Source: Vermamoeba vermiformis
Lineage: Eukaryota
NCBI GenBank assembly: GCA_045837725.1
Contig: JBEWZL010000302.1
Coordinates: forward strand, 186,001-250,000
Direction: 5' to 3'
DNA: 64,000 nucleotides
How positions within the stretch are numbered: the stretch's first letter is position 1; every line of letters starts with the position of its first letter. The notes under the pieces were generated by a model. The model saw only the letters and a list, made by a program, of their open reading frames with translations, was not told the origin of the DNA and did no database searches. This document shows positions 1 to 13,498 of the stretch, piece after piece. A program made the position numbers and the translations under genes.

Positions 1-2
1 CC

Positions 3-149
3 GCTCCGGTGATTCCTTACTCACCTAATCAACCGCCAATGCCTATTCTACCACCTCCTGGACATAATCCATACGGTCCTTCGCCCTACATGGAAGCTCC
101 TAGCCCTATGACTCAAATAAATTACGGACCGCCACATCCACCGTATTAA
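3..149 (+). CDS. 3' end of a Pro/Tyr-rich protein (truncated by window edge)
   Basis: Open frame APVIPYSPNQPPMPILPPPGHNPYGPSPYMEAPSPMTQINYGPPHPPY* (TAA 147-149); resembles the tail of the next gene. Confidence 0.55.
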   Translation, partial: APVIPYSPNQPPMPILPPPGHNPYGPSPYMEAPSPMTQINYGPPHPPY

Positions 150-390
150 TTACCGCATTGATACACAAACCTTTCTGTAACATAAATAGGCGTAAAAAAG
201 ATATTTTTTCGTATTTACAAACTGTGCAAGCAGCTTTTCCTAATTAGGAGACCATCCTATGAAATGTGAGCGAAAATACGCAAAAAAAGAACCTTTAAAA
301 CAGAAAAATTGCGTTTTATAATTTATAGCCCATTTATGATAAATCAAGCACAGACGCAATACTAGATCTGTAATAGAAGCAGTAACGGAA

Positions 391-1821
391 ATGATCTGTC
401 GCACTCCTTACCTACAAATCTTTTTGCTGGGCTTGTTAAGCTCTGCTGTTCTCGCTCAACGTGCCTATTGGAATGCTAACCCAGGAGCAAGTTATGGAGT
501 ATATTGTAAGACGCAAAGCGAAGCTAGAAGAAAATTGTTCCGAAATTATTCTTTTTGTACCGAATTTTTTTATTTTTAAAGTTTTAAAAGCTAATGAATT
601 ATTATGCACAGCTGGCTTTGTTTCGTTTATCTGCCCAAACGGCGCCGTATTGATGTCGAACCAGTACATTTCAAACTCTTTTCAAGCCGACAATAATTTA
701 CCTTACTGGTACGATTGCCAGCCTTCCTTTATGAACAGCGTGGATGGCGTAAGTATTGCATTGCTAATCATTAGCGCTTAATCGTGGATTATTATTAAAT
801 GACCCGATCTTTTTACCACACCATTTCGTTCTGACTGTTTTTCCAGATTATCACCGTGAATGTAACGCTGGAAGGTTTAGACTCTGTTACGTACACGGTC
901 TCGAAGTACAAGTCGGAGATCTTTAGGGACGGCATTGACTTGGCTCAATCTTCACTCGATCGGATCGGATTTCAAATCGATTCTGGAGCGCTTGTAGTCA
1001 CCTTCTTAGGTCCTTGTAAGCACTATTATACTTATTAATATAATGCTAATAACAATTATTTTCAAGCTTGTGGCAATGGAGTGCGCGAGTACCTCCAGTT
1101 CGAAGACTGCGACAATGACAGTGATTCGAGATGCTTGTTCTGTGCTTGCGTAGAGTAAGTAGGCTATATATATAGTACTATTTATATTAATATTGGTTTA
1201 ATAGTGGTTCATACGCTGACTACAATGACTTTACGTACAAATCGTGCAATGACTATTCATCATCCTCTAGCTACTCTTCATCATCAGGACTTATACTCGG
1301 GATAGTTATCCCTATTGCAGTCGTAGTGCTTATATTGATCGTGGTACTCAGAGTGTTGTGCATTAGAGGGTAATAAAAAATAATTCGAAGAAAAAAAATA
1401 ATTAATTATTTGTAGCATTATTATGACTGGTAGACGCAGACGAACCGCAGAAATGGAGATTGAAATGGCTCAACAACAAGCTGTTGAAGGCGCTGTACCT
1501 CAAGGAGCAGTTATGGTTGTTCAACAACCTGGTGTTGTACCGCTGGATCAAGGTGTTCAACCGGGCCAATACCCTAATTACATAGCACCTGCGGCATACC
1601 CTCAAGTACCTCTTAATCAACAACAGCCGTCTTATGTCGTTGTCAATCCTTCTGCACCTTACGGAGCTGTGCCAAAAGCGGATCCAAACGCGCAGCCCTA
1701 CATCACGGCTAATTACGCTGCTCAGCCCGTTGCGCAATTCGCTCCTAATAATAACAATATTAATACCAATGTCGTAGTTGCATCTCCCCCTCCTCCCAAC
1801 GGTGCATTTGCAACAAACTAG
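391..1821 (+). CDS. Single-pass membrane protein: signal peptide, Cys-rich CGNG..EDCD module, TM helix, Pro/Gln/Tyr-rich cytoplasmic tail (multi-exon)
   Basis: Exons joined at GT-AG sites; CGNGVREYLQFEDCDND, TM LILGIVIPIAVVVLILIVVLRVL, PQQY-rich tail ending TAG 1821. Confidence 0.7.
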
Positions 1822-2071
1822 ATTGACTTTGTACTAAGAATAAACATATGAGACTTGGATTGTATATTTTAATTATTAATAATATTCGACGATTTGATAT
1901 TAAATATTGAGATTGAAATGAACGTCTTACCGAAGATTGGTAGGAGTAATTAAGTGAGTTTTGTTCGTCGAAATAACGAAGGCAATTCAAATGACCACGT
2001 GGTAATAAAGTTACTATTTACATGCGTTAAATAACTACTCTAATAGCGTCCTCTTAGCAATGATATTATAC

Positions 2072-3670
2072 TTAGCTACTCGAGTCATCTTCCGCCTCTT
2101 CCATCTCTTCTTTCTCTTGCTCTTTCTGATCGTAAGGAATGCTCGTGTTGTATCTGCCAGGCATGCTACTGCTCACACTAGGCTTGGCGATAGTACTACT
2201 AACACTGCGCTTCCTGTAATAATCAAACGTAATTAGAAAAAAGATATGAAGATCTAGATGCGGATCTAGCAAACCAACAAATTTAATTTCAATTCGGTTG
2301 TAATAGATTTGTATGAATAATATGTACTATATATAGTACTATTATAGGTCATTAAGACTTGCCTTTTCTTCTGATCTTGCACGAGGTAGATTACAATAGC
2401 GATACACAATAGGAACAGTGATATGCTAACAACAACAGCAGCAATAATGCCTGCAGTGTCGCGCTGTTTTTCGCAATCAAATCGTGGCGGATCATACGCG
2501 AAATAACGCGTTACAGGATCGCATGTACAATCATCGTTGCAACCTTTTCCACCGATCTCGCATTGTTCGTCTCCTGATAAAATTCCATCGCCACAACCTA
2601 CGTAAGTTAAATGTTATAATACTAAGATATTGTATTAATAATATAGTGCCACAAAATTGCTCCGATTTAAAAAAACACTGAGGTTCGGTACACGCGATCT
2701 GGCAACTTTCGAACGATGGTCAAGAGCGTCTTGACGACAAAAAGGTCTGTAATATAGTTTAATATGACGTACCATAGCTCGTGAACTGAATGTCATAGGT
2801 AAATCGACTACGGCCTCGCACAGCAAAGGAATTCAAGTTGCTGATCCGGATGTCAAACACGGTTCTAGGAGCGAAGTCCACAGTGCCGAACAAGACTTGA
2901 AATATTTGTGACTCGCTTAGAACTAGCTTGTCTAGTGCTTGACCGTCTTGGAAAACTGAAAAGACCATCGTCTGCAGATTTGATCAAAGTTAGTAATAAT
3001 AACCATTTTGATCCAAGAAAATCATAAACCAGTTAAAGGATATTAATTAATATGGTAACATTAGCGCGAGTAATGTTTTACGCTAAGAGAAGTAGAAAAT
3101 GCATCATCAAGTTGCATGAAGAAAGTTCGGCCTTTACACGGGGTTAGAACTTACTTCATCAATGCCATTTGTTAACGAGGTGATGCAAGAGCTTGTATTA
3201 GATTGATCTATTAACGACACGTTCGCATTTGTAACTGGCCAGTAAAACGATTTTGATAAAATTGCATTGTTGCCACATCTGACTTCCATAACCATAGTAC
3301 TGTTCGTAGTTGCTATAAAGATATGATATTAGCTCATTGCGAATTTTTATTGGTATTTTAAGGTTAAAGGAGCTTGACTGAAAAATAATCTTTCTTGATC
3401 TCCGAATTATTCCTTCTTTTTTCATTTATTTATTTTATTTTTAGTGGCCAAAAATTACTTTAATTAATTTTATAACGATATTGATCAAACTAGCAATTAT
3501 TATTAGCCGTTTAACAAATTTCATTTTTCAAACTTACCGATCACAAGCCCGGTTCGCGTTACTGTTGCTGTTAATGATTGTTTGGCACTACCACCATATA
3601 TACATACACTGAATATTAATATATACAATAATAAACTCCTTAATAGATGCTTTGATTCATATGAAGTCAT
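2072..3670 (-). CDS. Single-pass membrane protein with a CGDG..EQC (Myxococcus Cys-rich repeat-like) module (multi-exon)
   Basis: Signal peptide MTSYESKHLLRSLLLYILIFSVCIYGGSA; exon CGDGILSGDEQCEIGGKGCNDDCTC followed by TM GIIAAVVVSISLFLLCIAIVIYLV; acidic tail. Confidence 0.65.
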
Positions 3671-3844
3671 TTTTAGCTCGAGCCTCGATCTATTTACAGC
3701 ACTAGTGCTGTAATGAATGTTGCACTCGTTAATACAAATATAATATAATTTCACCACTTTAATGGTGTTTCATTGCAACCTGTGAGCGAGTATAAATGGG
3801 GCCCGCCGAAATTAAATGACCAAAACAAGCCGGGGCATTAGAGA

Positions 3845-4361
3845 GGGACCCGTTTATGTAAACCGGGCCGGACTGGAAAACTGACGTACAAAAACCGACC
3901 CGACATTAGGCCGGCTTAAGTTGAGATATCCTTTACACCACGATACCGTACTTACCCACCTATTTTTTATGATACCTTGGGCCTACTTTACCGTAACAAT
4001 TTCGATGCGACCACGAATGGTGACAGTTCCCCTCCCATAGCAGATTGCATCGATTTCCAGATCTCCATCATAGAAGCCAAAGATCAAATAAATTCTGCCA
4101 TAAAACATCATAATCTATGTAGGGCATCCTATCTTACAAGGCATAAGTGCTATCATGATGAGATTGAATGGTCGGATCTACGAGATTCGTTCCAAAGCAT
4201 TTTCTTTTAAAATCACCTTCCAGTCATGTAGTCCTTAGTGTCGCCAGCATATCCCAACTGGAGATAGGTGATTTGGTGCTAGTCCGGCAAACCGGCAAAA
4301 GGTCGGCTTTGAAATCGGACGTCGGTTTTTCAGTCCGGCCCGATTTACATAAACGGGTCCC
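3845..4361. mobile_element. Non-autonomous DNA transposon (MITE), 517 bp, 43-bp TIRs, 8-bp TSD
   Basis: TIR GGGACCCGTTTATGTAAACCGGGCCGGACTGGAAAACTGACGT (3845-3887) versus inverted copy 4319-4361, 3 mismatches; direct repeat ATTAGAGA at 3837-3844 and 4362-4369. Confidence 0.92.
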
Positions 4362-4542
4362 ATTAGAGAATTCGCTTGCATTCTATAGACAAGTTCAACC
4401 TCTCATTTAAGGACGTCCATACCGATCTAGCGGTGATCCAACGTACGAACGAACTTTTTCATTTGGATGTGGGATCTAAAAGATCGTACGAGCTCGATAG
4501 CACTCACAAATGCGCAAATTTCGTCGAGTGATTATTTTTACA

Positions 4543-6520
4543 TCAATAATTTACAATTTCAAAAGGCTGTTCGTCTTTCAGTCCTTCTTTCTTGTCCAGC
4601 GCGGGATCTTCTTTCTTCTCCAACGCCGGATCTTCTTCTTTTGCCCAGTACTCTTCTCGAACTCGTTCAATAATGGCCCACTCTTCTAATTTTCGTACTC
4701 TTCGAATGAACCAACTGCCTTGTGCTATAGCGCTCAATACGTCTTTTTCTTCAACGAATTTTTCGTAGTCCCAACTCTTCATATGGACGTTATGATAGAT
4801 AAACGGCTCATCTGGCAAAACTCGCTTTACAGCGTTAATGATGGCATGTTCATCGGGTATCATGCTATGTCTATATGAAAATATGACGTCCCAGAAGTCT
4901 TGGGACGAGACTAGCTTCTCGATCGCGGATCTACTGAAGACTTTCCATTGTGATGCTTTGAGAGTGTGATTGACATACGGCGGGTACTTCGGGGAAAAGT
5001 TTGGATGCTTTATAGTTCTACATTTGTAACGTCGTTAGAAAGTGCGTTGAAAAAGGCAGAATTAACGTTAAAAAATCGGCAGTTCGCAGAAATTGCTTGT
5101 ATATCATTCGTTATATAATATGCATTAAAGAGTCTATTTAAGCGAGTTATGTTGAAAATTTCGAGGGTTGCGTACTGACCTGATCGAGGATCCGCAATCC
5201 AGCCAGACATCGTTGAATCGATAAGTGGCATCAACTACCGTGCAAGTGCTGTTATAACCTTGCGAATAAGGCACAGCATAAGGACACTCCAATATCGATT
5301 GGCCTTTCAATTCTTTGAGACGTTCCGGGATGAGATCCGCTGGTACGACAAATCCATCGCCATCGCTGATGTTAATTAAATAGTCCCAATTTTCCATTTT
5401 TAGCAATTCTAGCCACGCACTGACTTCCATATAAACCAACGAAATTCCGCCCCAATTGCCAAACCACCGAGTCGGTAGATCTCTGACTTCAGGGAACATC
5501 TGCAGGACGTTGTTATACTCTTCTGTAATGCGCGAGTTGTAATCGAACGTCGAATAGATAATGCTGTTGTTAGCTGTCTTGTTCTAAAAATAGAAAATTA
5601 ATGATTGGTCCAACCGGAAAAAACAAGAATTTAATGACGTTAAAGCGACATTAAAATTGATGTCTAGGTTATGTATAGTATATTGATAACAAGGTTATAA
5701 ACCATTCCTTGAGAATCTAATGGCTGAGGTAACTTACGGAGATGTGGTCAAACGCGTAATGCAGAAACGCAGGCGTGGTTGCGCTCATTGCTACATATGC
5801 TACTTTTGGGTCGTCGTAATTTGGTTTGTACGAGGATGGCGCTCGGTTCTTGTATTCTAACACCAAACTGGCCATCTGTAAGTCGTTCTCCGTTAAAATA
5901 TTCTGAGTGAGGTACGGAGACCTACGGTACGTTAGTATGCTATATTAACGTCTATATGATACTCACACTTTGTTTAAAGCAGATTTAAGGTTCGGATCTT
6001 CCAAATAAGTATGACCAGAACAGAGGTTATTTTGTAACGTGTCTGTGCACGTCAAAGGAGCACGATATTTGCCCTCATCGCGAAGATGAGCATATAGATG
6101 AAAAGACGTCACTACTTCTGTACTATTGTTGCATTCTGAAAAAATCATTTAGTTTGTGAACCAGATCCGCTTTACTGCGTATTTCGAATTTAATTCGCAT
6201 AGTAGGTTCGAGTATACTTTAAATATTGATATACTCTGATATTATTTCGAGAGTATAATAGGATGTCAATTGTAATACCAGATGCCAGATGAATAAAAAA
6301 AAGATGACTTACGGATCGTGACACTTTTAGGCTGATATTCATACTTGGTTATAAATGTATTCGGGCTTATATACGACTTAATATAAGCAACGTCGTCTTG
6401 TCCTTCAATTAAGGGCCTTTTCAGAAACGCGGACACTTCATTCGCAACTACCCAATAGTGCGTTAACACGAGAATGCTATTAACTAGAAGACCTATAAGC
6501 ACTAATGATAGGACAATCAT
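4543..6520 (-). CDS. Glycosyltransferase family 14 (core-2/I-branching / xylosyltransferase-like), type II membrane protein, multi-exon; 5' end may extend upstream
   Basis: Motifs WGGISLV..E, WDYLINISDGD, ASQWKVFSR, PDE; N-terminal TM anchor. Confidence 0.75.
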
Positions 6521-7140
6521 AGTGCGCGCGGTCCTGTCACAGTTGGCATAGGACCTGCGGAAGACAAATCCGTTAAAAAAATGAAATTACTCGTATGCGT
6601 TTCTTATGAATTAAAGTTGATTATTTGGAATATATTTTATACAATGCCGCTTATTTATTGAGATATTGCACGCTGTTAGCAATTAATTAAATAGATCCCG
6701 GCAGTTATTTTACCGTTTTGCTTTTTTTTTAATTAATTTAACTTGCTTCATAGTCGTGATTAATATTTAATACTATAATGAAGCTAATATTGCAGTTAAT
6801 AATTCGATTTAAGCGAGTCAAATGGATGGATGGGTTCCCTTGGCAGCCAAACAATTACGCAAGTAACTATAGCTGAGGGCAATAAAATAATTAAAATTAC
6901 TTACTTAGCTATAAATGCTAGCATGCTGGCGTCAATGAACGGGTGGTGTCCGTTTTGCTTGGGACAACAAAAAACTCCGGACAGCAACCTGGCAAACTAT
7001 GACCAAGTGCTCGTGCTGTCTCAAGATAGGTACGAACAAAACAATTAACCACGCCATAAAACTATCTGTCCCGTAGATTTCAATAGGGTGTTTTTTTTTT
7101 CTAACGCGCAAGTAAGAATTCAAATATTTTTTTTATTTAA

Positions 7141-8142
7141 ATGGCAACACCACGTAAAAGGACTGCTTTAATAGCTGCTGCAACATGTGTTGTATTATTT
7201 ATTTATGTCACGATCAAAGGCCCTACTGAACGATTTATTGAGGATGTACCAGATGACGTCGATGCCAGATCTGACCACTTGAGCCACTGCTCCCGCAATT
7301 TAGATAAAATATCCGAAAAATTCGTCGAGCTTAGAATACCAGAAGGCACTCATGGACAAGGAGGCGGCACTGGAGAACGCGAGAGTACAGATTGCATTTT
7401 CTCAATAATGACAGATATTGATTCCACTCCTCTGGTGCAAGTGTTAGGCTATTCGATGATCAAAGAAAAATCTAAAGGATTAAAAGTAATGCTTATTCCT
7501 AAGAAGCTCGATAGAGGAGATGTTAGAGAGGATTTGGAAGCGACGGGCTGGATTCCAGTTGTAGTGGGCCCAATATACCCAACAAAATTACTGAAGGACG
7601 AAGAATCATTGCACTCTTATATGAAGCTTCATATGTGGGCTTTTACAGAGTGCAAAAGCATAATTTATTTGGATGTCGCTACCATCGCCACCAAAAACTT
7701 CGACGAGCTCCACGATTTATTCAAAAGCACGGAAATATCAGACTTTGCTGCTGTATTTGATTCGAAGAATCAATTGATCGATACGGCCGTCATGGTTTTC
7801 AAGCCAAATCTGGCTGAATACCACAAACTACTGAAAAAAATGTGCACGAGCAAAGTCAAGTCCAATATGGCCACAGGATACTTAACATTCGATGGTTTAA
7901 TATCCCAGCAGTACTCCCTATCAATGCTCAATTTACCTGCAAAGTATAATGTCGATAGTAATGCCTGGGCTAAAAAATCAGCAGACGAATGGCAAGAGCA
8001 GCAAAAAAATACAAAAATAATTCATTATACAAAAGACAAGCCAGGAATGTACGTAGATCTCACTGGTGCAGTCTTTGATGTTTGGTATTATGCGCGCAAT
8101 GATATGATCGAATATTTGGAGACGCATCATACGCATGAATGA
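7141..8142 (+). CDS. Glycosyltransferase family 8 (glycogenin-like), type II membrane protein, intronless
   Basis: YMKLHMWAFTECKSIIYLD, LPAKYN, IIHYTKDKP motifs; N-terminal TM. Confidence 0.8.
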   Translation: MATPRKRTALIAAATCVVLFIYVTIKGPTERFIEDVPDDVDARSDHLSHCSRNLDKISEKFVELRIPEGTHGQGGGTGERESTDCIFSIMTDIDSTPLVQVLGYSMIKEKSKGLKVMLIPKKLDRGDVREDLEATGWIPVVVGPIYPTKLLKDEESLHSYMKLHMWAFTECKSIIYLDVATIATKNFDELHDLFKSTEISDFAAVFDSKNQLIDTAVMVFKPNLAEYHKLLKKMCTSKVKSNMATGYLTFDGLISQQYSLSMLNLPAKYNVDSNAWAKKSADEWQEQQKNTKIIHYTKDKPGMYVDLTGAVFDVWYYARNDMIEYLETHHTHE

Positions 8143-8333
8143 ACCAAAGTATAGCAACAATGTCATATATTAGCGTTCAATAAGATGTAGATAAATTAAT
8201 TTGTAATATTTGAACGCTCTGTAAATAAATTTCGTTACACAAAACTCAAATAACTTGATTTTTCAGTTCGTTGTTTAGATCCATATTAAATACAACGCTG
8301 ATACACTAAACCGTCATATTTTCGTTCTAGAAT

Positions 8334-11300
8334 ATGGCGTCGTTGCTACGAGGAGCGCATCTGACCTTAAAAAAGAGTTTCAGATCCGCTGTACGATCTA
8401 CACAAACAAAGAATATTAATGCAACGTTATTATTTCATACCAAAAATAATAGAGGTTTATTTACTGACCGAAAGAGCAAGAATATTTTCGCGCAGGTAAG
8501 CAAAATAAATAATAAAATAATGCATATTATTTTTAAAATACCTGTGCCATTATTTACTCATTTGTTGCTTATAGAATGTAATGAAAGCCAATTATACAAA
8601 TTTTGCAACCGTTGGAACTTCATTATTAAAGAATGATGCCAAGATCCAGTTTTTTCAAAATAACGTAGGTTCTGACATAAAGCCAACTTCCTATGCGATT
8701 CTAATTATTAATAAGACCATTGCACAATCAAAGAATGCAAATAACAACAGTTCAAAGGCACAAGAGTCCTTTGAACAGTTCTACGGACGACATTTCGCGA
8801 TCTTGAGGCAATTTTTCAATTACAGACAGAACAATAGTCAACAAGATAATAAGAGCGAGAATAATACAAACTCGCGATTCGATTTCAATTCGAAGAATTG
8901 GGATCCGCTTTCTTTATTCAGCGCTGAAATTTGGACTTCACTTATTGTTGTCGCTCTTGGATCTCTTTTGCTATTAGGACAAGTAAGAGCCTCATATTAG
9001 TAATGCTATTGGTATAATTAATTATTTTTAGACTGCTCATGCTGAAGAAGCTCCTGAAACAGTCAAGCCTGAAGTTATCGTTGAATCCACAGTACGCGAA
9101 ATTGCCTATTTAGGAAATATTCAATGTGGTTAAATTATGCTATATATAGATGAAAGAGACAAAAAAGAGCTTCTGGAGGAAGTTGTGGGAGATCATTTAC
9201 AAAGAATTGCCGTATTTGATTGGCGCTCTAATTATGGTCGTAGCTTCGTCTTTTACTGGTAATGAAAAACAAATCTAGAATAGTATTTAATATGGAAATA
9301 TTAATCTTTGAATAGGCCTTGTTATGCCTAAATACGTCAAAACATTGATCGACATGGTTGGCGTCGCCGAAAAATCTCAGTTGATCCGACCAGTCATGCA
9401 ATATTTAGGCCTCGTTCTATTGTACGTAAATTAATATAGCGTGTATAGTATATTAATTTCCTTTTATAGGCAAGGATTACTGTCATTTGCATTTTCGTCG
9501 TTGCTGTCCATTGGCGCCGATAAAATCGCCGCACGATTGAAACAACGACTACTCGATTCAATTCTGCAACAAGAACTCGCGTTTTTTGACAAACAAAACA
9601 CTGGGGAACTGTTGTCGCGCGTGAACGAAGATATCGGTGAAGTCAGACACGCCATTAAAAACACGTAGGTTTTTGCGTTACTTTTTGTTAAGATTTATAT
9701 CGATATTAATGCACTATGTAAGTATTGGATTAGGTATTCGTAGCGCTACTGGTGTCTTTGGTGGCATTGTGTCACTTCTGTTGATCTCAAAACGACTCAC
9801 TTTGATGGTCGGACTTCTTATCCCCGCCATGGTATTCATTGGCACTATTTACGGACGGTACGAAGTTATCACGTACTTTATTCATTCAATAAAATCTAAT
9901 GCGCTATCATTCAGATATTTGAGACAGTTATCGCGAAGCAGTCAAGATTTGTGGGCCAAAGCCTCGTCAAAGTCCGAAGAAGTAATTAGCAACGTGAGAA
10001 CAGTTCGAGGTAACGTGCAAAAATAATATGAGTTCTTGCCTTACTGACTCGCTGTGTAGCATTTGCAAATGAAAAGTACGAGAGTGAACGTATTGCCAGC
10101 GCGTCAAATGCAGCAATGAACAAAACGATCAAATTTAGCGTGGCCTTAGCGCTGTTCCAAAGTAAGATCACGAGCATGTACCCGACCAAATTACTCATTT
10201 TCTAATACTAGGCTTGTCTGGCCTCGCCATCAACGGCTTAATGTTGATTGTGTTGGGCATGGGTACCTTGGGCAGCCATTACTTTGGTGGCGGAGAAACA
10301 TTGAGCGGTGGCAGTTTGACGCAATTTATGGTCACAACGTTGAACGTGGAACGATCATTTGGTATGTTTAATAACACGACCACACCAGTCGCGTGGCTAA
10401 CGTTCTATTTTTAGCCATGCTGTCGATTTTGTTCGGTCAAGTCGTGCGTGGTGTTGCTGCGGGTCAACGAATCTTTGAAATTCTTGATAGAAGACCTGAA
10501 GTCGATATTCATCGCGGACAAGAACTGGCTGGAGTTGACGGCAAGATTGAGTTCTATGGCGTTGACTTCAGATACCCCACGCGAAAGGACATTAAAGTGC
10601 TTGACAACATCAGTTTTACACTTGAGTCTGGTACGACAATTAGTTCTTATTGACCTCGATATTATTTATTAACGTTGTAATAGGCAAGATCTATTCTCTC
10701 GTTGGCTCGTCAGGTTCAGGAAAGAGCACTATTGCTTCAGTAAGTCCTCACCGGATCCATTTTAAAACCGAACTAACATGCACCCTTTAGTTGATTGAAC
10801 GATTCTACGATCCTGAAGCAGGTGCTATTTTGTTAGACGGTGTTGATACAAAGTCGTTGAAGCCTTCTTGGCTAAGAAAGCAAATCGGCCTCGTAGGACA
10901 AGTACGTAATAGAAACACAGTAGCGTGAAGACACAGATCTGACATGGTACTTAAATAGGAACCGGTTCTATTCCAAGGCACAATCTTAGAGAACGTTCGA
11001 TATGGCAACACTACCGCTACTCAAGAAGAAGTGATTGAAGCTTGCAAGATTGCGCATTGCCACGAGTTCATTACAAAGTTCCCTGCGCAGTACGAGACTA
11101 CTGTTGGAGAACGTGGTGTTCAACTATCTGGCGGACAAAAACAACGGTAGAATATGCACTCTAGATGAATAATAATCCTAATACTTATTTTAGTATCGCT
11201 ATTGCTCGTGCTTTGTTGAAGAATCCGAAAATCCTGATCCTCGACGAAGGTAAGCAAGATCTGCGTATGAATTCTCATGAATAATCTAATACCTTTGTTT

Positions 11301-11594
11301 TAGCTACTAGCGCTTTGGATGCTGAAAGTGAGATGCTTGTTCAAGAAGCGATGCAGGTATGAATTTCCTAATTTGGTAATAAAACGTACTGACCTGGTGC
11401 TGTCTTAGGCGTTGATGAAGAACAGAACTGTGTTGATTATTGCTCATAGATTGTCGACTATTAAGCACTCCGATTGTATCTTCGTCGTGCAATCAGGCAA
11501 AATCGTTGAAAAAGGTACGCATAAGGATCTGATGGCTGAAAATGGTATTTATTCGAAATTAATCAAACAACAATTTGCTACCGAAATGAAATAA
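8334..11594 (+). CDS. Mitochondrial ABC half-transporter, ABCB8/ABCB10 (Mdl1)-like, multi-exon
   Basis: Basic presequence-like N-terminus, [13 protein letters not shown], Walker [35 protein letters not shown]. Confidence 0.9.
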
Positions 11595-11672
11595 TAAATT
11601 TAATCGTGTATATTCAAAAAGATATTTATTACAAACAAAATCAAAATAGATCCGCAAAAATATATTTTTCGC

Positions 11673-13281
11673 TTACCAAGGAGTTGGAATAACGAACGTT
11701 AATAACAATAATGATAATATAATAATAACAACCGACGTTATCAATTGCTTTCGGACGATCTCCGATTGTCTTGAACTCTTCTTTAGCTTCGCTATGATAT
11801 CCAATTCGCGGAACGAAAAAATTACTAACAACAGATCTGGTACCATCAACACGAGATCACGCAAAGCTGAAAAAGATAAACCGTAAGTCATACCATCATA
11901 TTATACTAAATTTAGTCCAATTAAAAGCTCGGATAGTTTCCGTTATTTCGTTCTTCGTGAAACGAAAAAAAAATTAATATTCTATAATTTTATAAAACTT
12001 ACGCGCATCAGTGGCACCAAATAATGATCCGTTAATTACGTTTTGCAATGTATGCGTTGAAGTAATCGTAAAGATGGCCCAGCTGAACAACGAGTGTGCT
12101 TGTTCTCCTTTCTTATCGATCAAATGATACACCGCAAATGTTGCAATCCATTCAGTTACTGCGAAATAGCTCTGTCATATATATTTAGTATATTGTAAAT
12201 CTTAAAAATCACTGCAGTTCAGTTAGAAATTAATCTCGTTTGAGATCGCAAAAATTAAAATATTTTGAAAGCTTACCTGATGCTTGATCATCTTATACCA
12301 TGCGTCATTTAAGTACATAATAGTCGCCCACCATGAATAAATATTCGCATAAAACATTGGTGGCAATACACAAAGGTACTCAACGCGGATTCGATCGCGG
12401 TTGAAGACGACCAGATTCCAAATCTTCTCGAATAATTTGACCGCAGAAGTGATATAGAATACTGTTAATAGCATAATCCATACTGTCGTCGATTCAGAAT
12501 TGATATAAATTGCTTTGTAAGGACCATTAGGGAATGGAGGCGCTCTGCCTTTAATTCTTCGGTCCCAGCAACTGCAACTGCATGTCTCCTAAATAAGAAT
12601 CATAGTTAGACGCTATTTGATATTAAATTTAATATTCTAATATTAGACTGAATTTTTGAAATTTTTTTGCAACTTTCGTAAACAGTAACGTCGTTCTGAA
12701 ATAATACCGCGAGATTATGAGCGGAAATGTTTTACGATACTAATATTATCTATTTATATGGCTTAAATATACGAAGCAACAGTAAAGGCATCTCTGTCGT
12801 TTGGCAGAATCCGATCCAACCGCCATAAATTTTTTGTGATTTTGCTTGCGTTGCAAAATAGATTTACATTATAATGGAGCTTATAGTGAATACGTTTCGC
12901 ATCAAAATCATATTTAAGCAGTTTTTAGACTTTAAAGTTGCAACGCCGTAGGAGAAATTAGTTTCAATATTTAAGAGTGCGGCAAGTTTATATAAATAAT
13001 CAAAATATACTATTATAATCATTACTGACCTTATCTACTCGCCAGGCATCTTCTTCCTCGGCCCATCCGGCGGACTCCATATAGTTGACCACACCAGTAA
13101 GCATGACTAACGCAAATACTGCACCAGCCGTCATGAGAAATACCATTAGGCTAGGTAGTCGCTCAGAGAGTGGCTGAATATCCTTCTTTAGCTTGCCTCG
13201 AGTATCCAACTTGATCTCAATGCCAATATCCTCATCGCGATGAGTGTCGCGCTTTGATAGAACGGAGTTCAAAGCCTTCAT
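11673..13281 (-). CDS. Uncharacterised multi-pass membrane protein with a CSCWD motif (multi-exon)
   Basis: Exon TCSCSCWDRRIKG..YKAIYIN; several hydrophobic helices including YSWWATIMYLNDAWY and LRDLVLMVPDL. Confidence 0.65.
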
Positions 13282-13498
13282 TATGGTACTACAATAGAGG
13301 TATGGCTTAAACTAAACCGTTTTTTTGGGAGCTAACCTGGATCAGAGGTCCGAAAGATTCCTTCGCAAAAAGATTGTGATTCAAACGGCTGGTATTTTAA
13401 GTCCTTTGTCTCAACTCGACATTCACGCGATGGGCGCGCCCGGCAAAATTTTTGCAAAAAAACCAAAATTAAGTCCTTTGTCACATAACTTCTCCAAA

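Noticed and set aside
3977-4410. ORFs inside the MITE (including a weak SYLTRHK..H zinc-finger-like stretch)
   Set aside because: Short, lacking an ATG start and transposase motifs, and the Cys spacing is incomplete
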